From Escherichia phage ZCEC14, in the sequence record OP168898.1: a stretch of 64,000 nucleotides of DNA; one strand, written 5' to 3'. This document shows, one piece after another, positions 45,898 to 54,409 of the stretch. Under the pieces are notes generated by a model. The model was not told the origin of the DNA. It searched no databases and worked only from the letters and a program-made list of their open reading frames with translations. The first letter of the stretch is position 1; every line of letters starts with the position of its first letter. The position numbers and the translations under genes were made by a program.

Positions 45898-45905
45898 GAA
45901 TTAAT

Positions 45906-46088
45906 ATGGATTTATTTGAGATGTTAGAAGATAATCATTCTACGAATATCCAGAATGATTCTAGTGATTATAAGAAAGAGTACCGTATAGTATTACAGAA
46001 TTATGGAATTGAAGCCCCAGATGCTCTTCTAGAAGAACTAGCTTCATACCACCTTGACCCTCCGCCTTGGGCTCCCTGGGCAAAATAA
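45906..46088 (+). CDS. hypothetical protein
   Basis: 60-aa ORF. Confidence 0.4.
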   Translation: MDLFEMLEDNHSTNIQNDSSDYKKEYRIVLQNYGIEAPDALLEELASYHLDPPPWAPWAK

Positions 46089-46099
46089 TTCAAAAAGTT

Positions 46100-46129
46100 G
46101 TTTACTTTCCTTCCTAACGATGATATGAT
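46100..46129 (+). promoter_or_regulatory. early sigma70-type promoter
   Basis: -35 GTTTAC 46100-46105, 18-bp spacer, TGaTATGAT -10 at 46124-46129. Confidence 0.55.
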
Positions 46130-46155
46130 AGCTTCTGAAGTATACGGAGGCTATC

Positions 46156-46779
46156 ATGATTATTAATCTTGTAGATGTTGAACAGTTATCTATAAAAGCT
46201 GAAAGTGTTGATTTTCAATATGATATGTATAAAAAGGTCTGTGAAAAATTTACTGACTTTGAACAGTCAATTCTTTGGCAATGTATGGAAGCCAAAAAGA
46301 ATGAAGCTCTTCATCAGCAGTTGAATAAAATCATTAAAAAGCATTTAACTAAATCACCTTATCAGCTATATCGTGGTATATCAAAATCGACAAAAGAACT
46401 CATTAAAGATTTACAAGTCGGAGAAGTGTTTTCAACGAACAGGGTAGATTCATTTACTACTAGTTTGCATACAGCGTGTTCTTTTTCTTATGCCGAATAT
46501 TTCACTGACACAATACTTCGCTTAAAAACTGATAAAGCTTTTAATTACTCTGACCATATCAGCGATATTATACTTTCTTCTCCTAATACTGAGTTTAAGT
46601 ACACGTATGAAGATACTGATGGATTAGATTCAGAACGTACTGATAACTTAATGATGATTGTACGTGAACAAGAATGGATGATTCCAATTGGAAAGTATAG
46701 AATAACTTCTATTTCAAAAGAAAAATTACACGATTCATTTGGAACATTTAAAGTTTATGATATTGAGGTAGTTGAATGA
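46156..46779 (+). CDS. modB: ADP-ribosyltransferase ModB
   Basis: 207 aa; R-S-E ART motifs YRG, STN and EQEWMIP. Confidence 0.75.
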   Translation: MIINLVDVEQLSIKAESVDFQYDMYKKVCEKFTDFEQSILWQCMEAKKNEALHQQLNKIIKKHLTKSPYQLYRGISKSTKELIKDLQVGEVFSTNRVDSFTTSLHTACSFSYAEYFTDTILRLKTDKAFNYSDHISDIILSSPNTEFKYTYEDTDGLDSERTDNLMMIVREQEWMIPIGKYRITSISKEKLHDSFGTFKVYDIEVVE

Positions 46780-47378
46780 AATACTCAGTAATGCAATTAA
46801 AAGATTTTAAAATCAAATCAATGGATGCATCGGTGCGTGCTTCTATTCGTGAGGAATTGCTTTCTGAAGGGTTTAATTTATCTGAAATTGAACTTTTAAT
46901 TCATTGTATTACCAACAAACCAGATGACCATACTTGGTTAAATGAAATAATCAAATCTCGTTTGGTTCCAAACGATAAACCTCTTTGGAGAGGTGTTCCA
47001 GCTGAGACTAAACAAGTATTAAATCAAGGAATTGATATTATTACATTTGATAAAGTCGTATCAGCTTCATATGATAAAAATATAGCTCTACATTTTGCTT
47101 CCGGTTTAGAATATAACACACAAGTTATTTTTGAATTCAAAGCTCCTATGGTATTCAATTTCCAGGAGTATGCTATAAAAGCTCTACGCTGTAAAGAATA
47201 CAATCCAAACTTTAAGTTTCCGGATAGTCATCGTTATCGTAATATGGAATTAGTTTCAGATGAACAAGAAGTAATGATACCAGCTGGAAGTGTATTTAGA
47301 ATTGCGGATAGATATGAGTATAAAAAGTATTCAACATACACTATCTATACTCTTGATTTTGAAGGATTTAATCTATAA
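46776..47378 (+). CDS. modA: ADP-ribosyltransferase ModA
   Basis: 200 aa; ART motifs WRG, SAS and EQEVMIP; paralogue of modB. Confidence 0.75.
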   Translation: MKYSVMQLKDFKIKSMDASVRASIREELLSEGFNLSEIELLIHCITNKPDDHTWLNEIIKSRLVPNDKPLWRGVPAETKQVLNQGIDIITFDKVVSASYDKNIALHFASGLEYNTQVIFEFKAPMVFNFQEYAIKALRCKEYNPNFKFPDSHRYRNMELVSDEQEVMIPAGSVFRIADRYEYKKYSTYTIYTLDFEGFNL

Positions 47379-47434
47379 TGGAAGGACTTAGATTCATTAT
47401 ACCACGAAAGTTTTAAAGCATTTTTCATAAAGTT

Positions 47435-47464
47435 GTTTACAAACTGAAGTAAAAATGTTATAGT
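47435..47464 (+). promoter_or_regulatory. early sigma70-type promoter
   Basis: -35 GTTTAC 47435-47440, 18-bp spacer, TGtTATAGT -10 at 47459-47464. Confidence 0.65.
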
Positions 47465-47494
47465 ATAAGTAGTTAACCCGTCCGTGAGAAAAAT

Positions 47495-48241
47495 ATGAAA
47501 CTGTCTAAAAATCAAATTCGTAAAATTACACGTCGTCTAGAGCATACTCAGGCATCTGCAAAAAGACGTTCTAAAGATTTTAACTTAGACTTCAATTACA
47601 TTAAGAACATTTTAGATCAAAAAGTTTGCGCTTACTCGGGAGAACCTTTTGATAATCGTATTGAAGGAGAGAAATTATCATTAGAACGTTTTGATAATAA
47701 CGTTGGATACATTAAAGGGAACGTTATTGCAGTAAAGAAAAAGTATAATACATTTCGCTCTGATTATACTTTAGAGGAGTTAATTGAAAAACGTGATTTG
47801 TTTGCTTTGCGAATTGGTCGTTCATCTGCGAAAAAAGTTCATAAACTAAATTTAGATGAAAAGAAATGGGCTAAAATCAAAAAGACTTATAATCAAATTA
47901 AAGCTATACAGAAAAAACGTGAAAACCGAATTGAACACATTTCTCAGCTTTCTAAATCAAAACAGACCTCTGACATTAAGCTAACGATTATAGCGCTTAA
48001 AGCTCGTATTGATGGTTCTCGTATAGCAGAAGGCGCTGAAGTTGTTAAACTGAACGTTCTTCTTAAAGGCTCGGATTGGAAAACCGTGAAAAAGTTGTCA
48101 GAAGCAGAAATGCAATATGATATGTGTGATAAAATTATTCAAGGTGTAGAGCGGTATCAAAACTTGTCTTTTATTGATAAACTTAAACTGAAAAGAGGAT
48201 ACCCGCTAAATTGCTCAATTTTTAAACTTATCCGAGGATAA
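47495..48241 (+). CDS. srd: Srd (sigma-related early protein)
   Basis: 248 aa; position between modA and dda as in T4; sequence identity not verified. Confidence 0.65.
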   Translation: MKLSKNQIRKITRRLEHTQASAKRRSKDFNLDFNYIKNILDQKVCAYSGEPFDNRIEGEKLSLERFDNNVGYIKGNVIAVKKKYNTFRSDYTLEELIEKRDLFALRIGRSSAKKVHKLNLDEKKWAKIKKTYNQIKAIQKKRENRIEHISQLSKSKQTSDIKLTIIALKARIDGSRIAEGAEVVKLNVLLKGSDWKTVKKLSEAEMQYDMCDKIIQGVERYQNLSFIDKLKLKRGYPLNCSIFKLIRG

Positions 48242-48242
48242 T

Positions 48243-48554
48243 ATGGTTTATGTATACGCGATAGTTTACCGAGACAAAGACGGATTTACGGCGCCAGTTC
48301 CGCTTGATGAACATCGTCCTGCTGTATTTTTTGAATGGAAGATTGCTGATAAAGTATTTACCACTCTTAAAGAGCAGTATCAACTAGCTTTAGGTAAGGG
48401 AATTCCAAGATTAGTTGAGACTCCACGTAAATTTTGGTTTAATAAAATAGAAGTTAAACATGTTAAGCCTGACGTAGACACACAAAGATTATATCAGCGA
48501 ATTTTAGATACTGGGCGTATTGTTAGTATACCAATTGCAGGGAATTTACGATGA
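48243..48554 (+). CDS. hypothetical protein (dda.1 position)
   Basis: 103-aa ORF; SD gagga. Confidence 0.5.
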   Translation: MVYVYAIVYRDKDGFTAPVPLDEHRPAVFFEWKIADKVFTTLKEQYQLALGKGIPRLVETPRKFWFNKIEVKHVKPDVDTQRLYQRILDTGRIVSIPIAGNLR

Positions 48555-49870
48555 CATTTGATGATTTGACAGAAGGCCAGAAAAATGCCTTTAACATTGT
48601 TATGAAGGCTATTAAAGAAAAGAAACATCATGTAACTATTAATGGACCTGCTGGTACTGGTAAGACTACTCTTACCAAGTTCATTATTGAAGCCCTAATA
48701 TCTACAGGTGAAACTGGTATTATTTTAGCAGCTCCTACACATGCAGCTAAAAAGATTCTTTCAAAACTGTCAGGGAAAGAAGCGAGTACTATTCACAGTA
48801 TTCTCAAAATTAACCCGGTAACATATGAAGAAAATGTTCTTTTTGAACAAAAAGAAGTACCAGATTTAGCTAAATGCAGGGTATTAATCTGTGATGAAGT
48901 GTCAATGTATGATAGAAAGCTATTTAAAATTCTGCTTTCAACTATCCCGCCGTGGTGTACTATAATTGGAATAGGGGATAATAAGCAAATTAGACCTGTT
49001 GATCCAGGAGAAAATACTGCTTATATCAGTCCATTCTTTACGCATAAAGATTTTTATCAGTGCGAACTCACTGAAGTTAAACGCAGTAATGCTCCTATTA
49101 TTGATGTAGCTACTGATGTTCGTAACGGTAAGTGGATTTATGATAAAATTGTTGACGGGCATGGAGTACGTGGATTTACAGGTGATACCGCTTTACGCGA
49201 TTTTATGGTAAATTATTTTTCAATCGTAAAATCACTAGATGATTTGTTTGAAAATCGCGTAATGGCATTTACGAATAAATCTGTTGATAAGTTAAATAGC
49301 ATTATTCGCAAAAAGATTTTTGAAACTGATAAAGATTTTATCGTTGGTGAAATTATCGTAATGCAGGAACCATTAATTAAAACATACAAAATTGATGGAA
49401 AGCCTGTGTCAGAAATTATTTTTAATAACGGACAATTAGTTCGTATTATAGAAGCAGAGTATACATCAACGTTTGTTAAAGCTCGTGGTGTTCCCGGAGA
49501 ATATCTAATTCGTCATTGGGATTTAACAGTAGAAACTTACGGCGATGATGAATATTATCGTGAAAAGATTAAAATAATTTCGTCTGATGAAGAGCTATAT
49601 AAGTTTAACCTATTTTTAGGTAAAACGGCAGAAACGTATAAAAATTGGAACAAAGGCGGAAAAGCTCCGTGGAGTGATTTTTGGGATGCTAAATCACAGT
49701 TTAGTAAAGTGAAAGCACTTCCTGCATCAACATTCCATAAAGCTCAGGGCATGTCTGTAGATCGTGCTTTCATCTATACACCTTGTATTCATTATGCAGA
49801 TGCTGAATTGGCTCAACAGCTTCTTTATGTTGGTGTTACCCGTGGTCGTTATGATGTATTTTATGTATGA
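48551..49870 (+). CDS. dda: Dda DNA helicase (SF1B)
   Basis: 439 aa; Walker A GPAGTGKT; Walker B LICDEVSM; matches T4 Dda. Confidence 0.9.
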   Translation: MTFDDLTEGQKNAFNIVMKAIKEKKHHVTINGPAGTGKTTLTKFIIEALISTGETGIILAAPTHAAKKILSKLSGKEASTIHSILKINPVTYEENVLFEQKEVPDLAKCRVLICDEVSMYDRKLFKILLSTIPPWCTIIGIGDNKQIRPVDPGENTAYISPFFTHKDFYQCELTEVKRSNAPIIDVATDVRNGKWIYDKIVDGHGVRGFTGDTALRDFMVNYFSIVKSLDDLFENRVMAFTNKSVDKLNSIIRKKIFETDKDFIVGEIIVMQEPLIKTYKIDGKPVSEIIFNNGQLVRIIEAEYTSTFVKARGVPGEYLIRHWDLTVETYGDDEYYREKIKIISSDEELYKFNLFLGKTAETYKNWNKGGKAPWSDFWDAKSQFSKVKALPASTFHKAQGMSVDRAFIYTPCIHYADAELAQQLLYVGVTRGRYDVFYV

Positions 49871-49891
49871 TTAAATTTGAGGAAGCTATTC

Positions 49892-50137
49892 GTGGAAATA
49901 ACTAAAGATCAGTTTTATCTTCTTCAAGATAAAGTAAGCGAAATTTATGAAATAGCTTATAGCAAAAATCGCAAAAATGTGAAAACTGAATCAGGCAAGT
50001 TAATGCTTCAATTAGAAGAAATTGAACGAGATTTGATTGCGTTAGAATTCTTTTGTGGTGAAGTGAAAACTGTTACAATCAGTGATTACATTTTAGGTGA
50101 AATTAGCCATCTTTATAAGGCGGTTATTAATGATTGA
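49892..50137 (+). CDS. hypothetical protein (dexA-upstream family, copy 1)
   Basis: Track ORF 49877-50137 begins at TTG; GTG at 49892 follows SD gagga. Confidence 0.45.
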   Translation: MEITKDQFYLLQDKVSEIYEIAYSKNRKNVKTESGKLMLQLEEIERDLIALEFFCGEVKTVTISDYILGEISHLYKAVIND

Positions 50138-50372
50138 ATTAAGTTGGTGTCAGTTTAAATCTCTTATGACAAATGTTAAAGCTGTCATTGAGAAAAATTC
50201 TGGTCCTGAAAATATTACTATTCGCGAAAAAGCTTTAAAGGTAATATACAGTCTTGAAGAGATGCAAAAAGATATTGAATCTATGGCAAAATTTATTGAT
50301 GAACCTATTAATAAAGTTTATATTCAAGACTATACTGTAGGCCAAATTTGCGATTTAGCGAGGAAAGTTTAA
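50130..50372 (+). CDS. hypothetical protein (dexA-upstream family, copy 2)
   Basis: In-frame ATG of track ORF 50097-50372; shares DY(T/I)(L/V)G(E/Q)I(S/C)xL motif with previous ORF. Confidence 0.45.
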   Translation: MIELSWCQFKSLMTNVKAVIEKNSGPENITIREKALKVIYSLEEMQKDIESMAKFIDEPINKVYIQDYTVGQICDLARKV

Positions 50373-51055
50373 TGTTTGATTTTATTATAGATTTTGAAAC
50401 AATGGGAAGTGGTGAAAAAGCAGCTGTTATTGATTTGGCTGTAATTGCTTTTGACCCTAATCCAGAAGTCGTTGAAACGTTTGATGAATTAGTTTCACGT
50501 GGCATTAAAATCAAATTTGATTTAAAAAGCCAAAAAGGACATCGTCTTTTTACTAAAAGCACTATCGAATGGTGGAAAAATCAATCTCCTGAAGCTCGAA
50601 AAAATATTGCACCATCCGATGAAGATGTAAGCACTATTGATGGTATTGCAAAATTTAATGATTACATCAATGCGCATAATATCGATCCTTGGAAATCTCA
50701 AGGCTGGTGCCGCGGAATGTCGTTTGATTTTCCAATTTTAGTCGATCTCATTCGTGATATTCAACGTCTTAATGGCGTTTCTGAGAATGAGCTTGACACA
50801 TTTAAGTTAGAACCGTGTAAATTCTGGAATCAGCGTGATATTCGTACTAGAATTGAAGCACTTCTGCTTGTTCGTGATATGACCACATGTCCTCTTCCAA
50901 AGGGAACTTTAGATGGATTCGTTGCGCATGATTCTATTCATGACTGTGCAAAAGACATCCTGATGATGAAGTATGCTTTGCGATATGCTATGGGTCTTGA
51001 AGATGCTCCGTCAGAGGAAGAGTGCGATCCTCTATCTCTTCCAACAAAACGATAA
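50372..51055 (+). CDS. dexA: exonuclease A (DnaQ-like 3'-5' exonuclease)
   Basis: 227 aa from ATG (MFDFIIDFETMGSGEK...); DEDD-type motifs. Confidence 0.85.
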   Translation: MFDFIIDFETMGSGEKAAVIDLAVIAFDPNPEVVETFDELVSRGIKIKFDLKSQKGHRLFTKSTIEWWKNQSPEARKNIAPSDEDVSTIDGIAKFNDYINAHNIDPWKSQGWCRGMSFDFPILVDLIRDIQRLNGVSENELDTFKLEPCKFWNQRDIRTRIEALLLVRDMTTCPLPKGTLDGFVAHDSIHDCAKDILMMKYALRYAMGLEDAPSEEECDPLSLPTKR

Positions 51056-51061
51056 AAAGTT

Positions 51062-51091
51062 GTTTACTTCCTCGGTTAGTTGTGGTATTAT
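51062..51091 (+). promoter_or_regulatory. early sigma70-type promoter
   Basis: -35 GTTTAC 51062-51067, 18-bp spacer, TGgTATTAT -10 at 51086-51091. Confidence 0.7.
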
Positions 51092-51118
51092 AACACCATA
51101 GCTACTGAGGATAATAAA

Positions 51119-51619
51119 ATGAAAATTTATCGTGTTGAATCATCGTTTAGTATTCTTGATTATGAAGATGCTATAACAATACGTCGAAATCTTTGTGTTC
51201 AAATAACGCCGTACAGGAGTATAATAGATTCATGGAGCGAAGAGTGGCTATTACACGTAGGTTATGACAGACCTAATTTTATGCATCATAGCGATAATAA
51301 TAAAAGAATTCCTTTACCACACGAAGATAAACTATTAGTTAAAAACGCTAATATAGTAATTAATACTAAGTTCAAGAAAGATTATGTTGGAGTAGAATAT
51401 CATATTCCAGGATGGTTTATAGCTCTTTATCATTTTGCTTTCGCTAGCGAATATGATATGATGAGATGGTTCACACGAGAAGAGCGGGAAGAATTATCTT
51501 CTAAAGGATTTTATCTCGCTGTATACGAAGTTCCTGAAGATGAAGTTATCATTGGTGGGCACCAAGTAATGTTCCGCAAATCGCATGCTGAACTCGTAGA
51601 TTTTATTGAAATGAGATAA
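51119..51619 (+). CDS. hypothetical protein (motB position)
   Basis: 166 aa from in-frame ATG; first ORF after dexA as motB is in T4; identity not verified. Confidence 0.5.
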   Translation: MKIYRVESSFSILDYEDAITIRRNLCVQITPYRSIIDSWSEEWLLHVGYDRPNFMHHSDNNKRIPLPHEDKLLVKNANIVINTKFKKDYVGVEYHIPGWFIALYHFAFASEYDMMRWFTREEREELSSKGFYLAVYEVPEDEVIIGGHQVMFRKSHAELVDFIEMR

Positions 51620-51621
51620 TT

Positions 51622-52155
51622 ATGAAATTTAATTATAATCCTGAATACATACCAAATCCGGTAGCTAAACTGATTGATTTTGATGTTGTAAGCACTTATG
51701 TATGCCCTGTTAAACCACTGGAAATTAAGGAACCTACTATGACTACCGCTATTGAAATCGGCAAAACCTACAAATTGGTTGAACCTGAAATTAAAACTAA
51801 TGCCTTGATTTCTGGCCATAAAACTCTGACTGATGTTTTTGGCGAAGGTGAATTTATTGTTGAAGATTTTGAAAAAAGTAAATGGTTTACTAAATCTTAT
51901 ATTGTCCACGGTCGTCGTTTAGACAATAACAAAATAGAGAAAATCCTGGTTTATGAAGCAGAGTTCATCCTCTTTCAAGAATGCGATCCTACTGACCTTC
52001 TAACTCATGCGGTAGCTATTAAGACCCCATTTATTTCGGTCTGTGGTTGGGTAACAGATCAGTGGATTGAAGATGGTGTTGAACTTCTGAACGTTGTTCA
52101 TGCAGGTGATTTTAGCGTAGTACCTCGTAGTGCAGTGGTAGCTATTTTGAATTAA
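51622..52155 (+). CDS. hypothetical protein (TDQWxEDGV family, copy 1)
   Basis: 177 aa; C-terminal CGWVTDQWIEDGVELLNVV motif. Confidence 0.5.
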   Translation: MKFNYNPEYIPNPVAKLIDFDVVSTYVCPVKPLEIKEPTMTTAIEIGKTYKLVEPEIKTNALISGHKTLTDVFGEGEFIVEDFEKSKWFTKSYIVHGRRLDNNKIEKILVYEAEFILFQECDPTDLLTHAVAIKTPFISVCGWVTDQWIEDGVELLNVVHAGDFSVVPRSAVVAILN

Positions 52156-52157
52156 TA

Positions 52158-52187
52158 GTTTACAAACTCTTGGGACCAGAGTATAAT
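52158..52187 (+). promoter_or_regulatory. early sigma70-type promoter inside stem-loop
   Basis: -35 GTTTAC 52158-52163, -10 TATAAT 52182-52187 flanked by gggacc/ggtccc. Confidence 0.7.
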
Positions 52188-52231
52188 GGTCCCGTGGAGT
52201 ATAAAATCTTTTTAACAAGTGAGAGATAACT

Positions 52232-52729
52232 ATGATTATTAATATTGGTGAAATTGCTCGTGTATCTGATAAATCCCGTTCTAAAGCAGCAGGAAAATTG
52301 GTTGAAATTGTAAGCATTCAGCTTAAACATGGTGTTAAAGATGAAGATTCTGAAGTAAAAGTGCGTATCATTCCTAAAGATGGAAAGTCTAAACCTCAGT
52401 TTGGTTATGTTCGTGCGAAATTTCTTGAATCTGCGTTTTTGAAAGCTGTTCCTGCTAAAGGAATTGAAACGATTGATACTTCACATGTAGGCGTAGACTT
52501 TAAGTGGAAACTCGGTCAAGCTATTAAGTTCGTCGCTCCTTATGAATTTGAATTTACCGAAGACGAAGAAGGGGTTGTTCAAAAACATCGTACTCGCGCT
52601 ATGTGTGCATACATTACCGATCAATGGGTAGAAGATGGCGTTAAGTTGTACAACGCGGTATTTTTAGGAACATACAAAGTCATTCCTGAAAGTTGGATTA
52701 AACATTATAGCAAAGCTCGCTGTGCATAA
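52232..52729 (+). CDS. hypothetical protein (TDQWxEDGV family, copy 2)
   Basis: 165 aa; C-terminal CAYITDQWVEDGVKLYNAV motif. Confidence 0.5.
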   Translation: MIINIGEIARVSDKSRSKAAGKLVEIVSIQLKHGVKDEDSEVKVRIIPKDGKSKPQFGYVRAKFLESAFLKAVPAKGIETIDTSHVGVDFKWKLGQAIKFVAPYEFEFTEDEEGVVQKHRTRAMCAYITDQWVEDGVKLYNAVFLGTYKVIPESWIKHYSKARCA

Positions 52730-52759
52730 AGTTTAAAATTTTTTCATAAAACTATATAC

Positions 52760-52802
52760 ATCAGTAGTTGATTATGGTACTATATTAATATCAACTACTG
52801 AT
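52760..52802 (+). promoter_or_regulatory. 13-bp perfect inverted repeat enclosing an extended -10 (promoter-like stem-loop)
   Basis: atcagtagttgat (52760-52772) / atcaactactgat (52790-52802) around TGgTACTAT; followed by leader ttggagaataaaATG. Confidence 0.5.
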
Positions 52803-52901
52803 ATAGAAAATAACTTGGAGAATAAAATGGAAAATTTGCCAAAGGTGCTGCTACTCTTCTGAAACGCATCGCTCCAATGTTCAATTAATGAGGAAATTGT
52901 A

Positions 52902-53117
52902 ATGAAACGCAAAATTGTTCAGAACTGCACTAATGACGAATTTGAAGACGTGTTATTCGATCCAGATTTGGTAGTAGTTCAAAAGGAACACACTGCTAAG
53001 TTTACTCACTTGACTTCGGTTTATGTGTATGAAAAGGTTGGTGATAAACAACCGATTTATGGTGTATTCCGTGAAATCACTGAAGACGGTACAACTTACT
53101 GGAAGGAAATTTATTAA
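52902..53117 (+). CDS. hypothetical protein (cef position; 71 aa)
   Basis: 71-aa ORF; SD gaggaaa; length and position match T4 cef, identity not verified. Confidence 0.5.
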   Translation: MKRKIVQNCTNDEFEDVLFDPDLVVVQKEHTAKFTHLTSVYVYEKVGDKQPIYGVFREITEDGTTYWKEIY

Positions 53118-53521
53118 TGGCTATTAGATTTGAAGTTAATAAATGGTATCAATTTAAAAATAAACAAGCTCAAGAAAATTTTATTAAAGACCATACTGAT
53201 AACGGAATCTATGCACGACGTTTAGGTATGGAACCTTTTAAAATTTTAGATGCTGATTATCTTGGGCGTCCTACTAAAATTGTGACATCCACAGGTGTAC
53301 TCAAACGTTGTGCCGGCGCTGATATCCTTGACGAAAACTTTATCTGGCTCTCTACTAACGAAGCTGGGTTCTTTGATGAAGTGGAAAATCCATACCAAGC
53401 TTCTGAAGAGCAAGAACAAATAGAAGATTTCACAGAATTCCCTGTCATGAAAGTTACTATTGAAAATAATGAACAGGCATGGTCCTTGTATCAGATGTTG
53501 AAAGCACACTTTAAGGAATAA
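53117..53521 (+). CDS. hypothetical protein (goF position)
   Basis: 134-aa ORF, start overlaps upstream stop. Confidence 0.5.
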   Translation: MAIRFEVNKWYQFKNKQAQENFIKDHTDNGIYARRLGMEPFKILDADYLGRPTKIVTSTGVLKRCAGADILDENFIWLSTNEAGFFDEVENPYQASEEQEQIEDFTEFPVMKVTIENNEQAWSLYQMLKAHFKE

Positions 53522-53523
53522 TT

Positions 53524-53700
53524 ATGCCAATGTATGATTATAAATGCCAATCTGAAGATTGCGGGCATGAATATGAAAAAATTAAAAAGATTTCTGAACG
53601 AGAAAATGATGTTTGCCCTAAATGTCATCGTTTGTCTACTCGTCGGCCTTCTGCTCCTAAGCATGTGAATGGTGGATTTTACGACTTACTTAAAGGGTGA
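53524..53700 (+). CDS. small zinc-ribbon protein
   Basis: 58-aa ORF below track cutoff; CQSEDCGH...(22)...CPKCH pattern. Confidence 0.45.
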   Translation: MPMYDYKCQSEDCGHEYEKIKKISERENDVCPKCHRLSTRRPSAPKHVNGGFYDLLKG

Positions 53701-53702
53701 TT

Positions 53703-54074
53703 ATGTTTAAAATCGGTAAGAAATATCGTGTTCGCGAAGGTGAAGAAAAGAAATATCTACTTTCTTCTATTTATAGGAATGGTTCTATTAATGCCGTAAT
53801 ATCTTCAAGCGAATTTATCGTTGAAGATATGAAAGGCCATAATGTTACAATGATTAGTACAGCATCTGGAAATGATGGAAAAATTCTTCACAGTTTTCAG
53901 AGTAATGTTCTAATTTATGATGAAGAATTTGACTTCTTCGAAGAAGTTCCTGAAGATTTTGATTTTGAATGCACTATCACTATGAAATCTGGCGACCCTA
54001 TTTCTTTTACAGTTAAAGATGAAAGAAGTCGCTTGAGAATTATTAGTCTTCTTCAAGCCATTAAATTTAAGTGA
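53703..54074 (+). CDS. hypothetical protein
   Basis: 123 aa from in-frame ATG of track ORF 53697-54074. Confidence 0.5.
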   Translation: MFKIGKKYRVREGEEKKYLLSSIYRNGSINAVISSSEFIVEDMKGHNVTMISTASGNDGKILHSFQSNVLIYDEEFDFFEEVPEDFDFECTITMKSGDPISFTVKDERSRLRIISLLQAIKFK

Positions 54075-54079
54075 AAATT

Positions 54080-54340
54080 ATGAAATATGTTAATCGTTCT
54101 ATCGCGGCATTAGTATTAGCAGTATCTTTAGTAGGATGTACTGATGCTGATAATGCAACTAAAGTTTTGTCTTCAAGTGGTTTTACTAATATTGAAATCA
54201 CTGGATATAACTGGTTCGGTTGCTCTGAAAATGATTTCCAACATACTGGATTTCGTGCTATTGGACCTACTGGGCAGAAAGTAGAAGGAACGGTATGTTC
54301 TGGTCTATTCTTCAAGGATTCGACTATCCGTTTTAAATAA
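54080..54340 (+). CDS. putative lipoprotein
   Basis: 86 aa from ATG; signal peptide with lipobox LVGC. Confidence 0.5.
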   Translation: MKYVNRSIAALVLAVSLVGCTDADNATKVLSSSGFTNIEITGYNWFGCSENDFQHTGFRAIGPTGQKVEGTVCSGLFFKDSTIRFK

Positions 54341-54363
54341 AAGGCCTTCGGGCCTTTAGCTTT
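54341..54363 (+). terminator. intrinsic terminator
   Basis: aaggcc-ttcg-ggcctt followed by tagcttta. Confidence 0.6.
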
Positions 54364-54409
54364 ATGATTGCCGGAGTATAATATTCCCGAAACCAAACGA
54401 GGATAAGTG

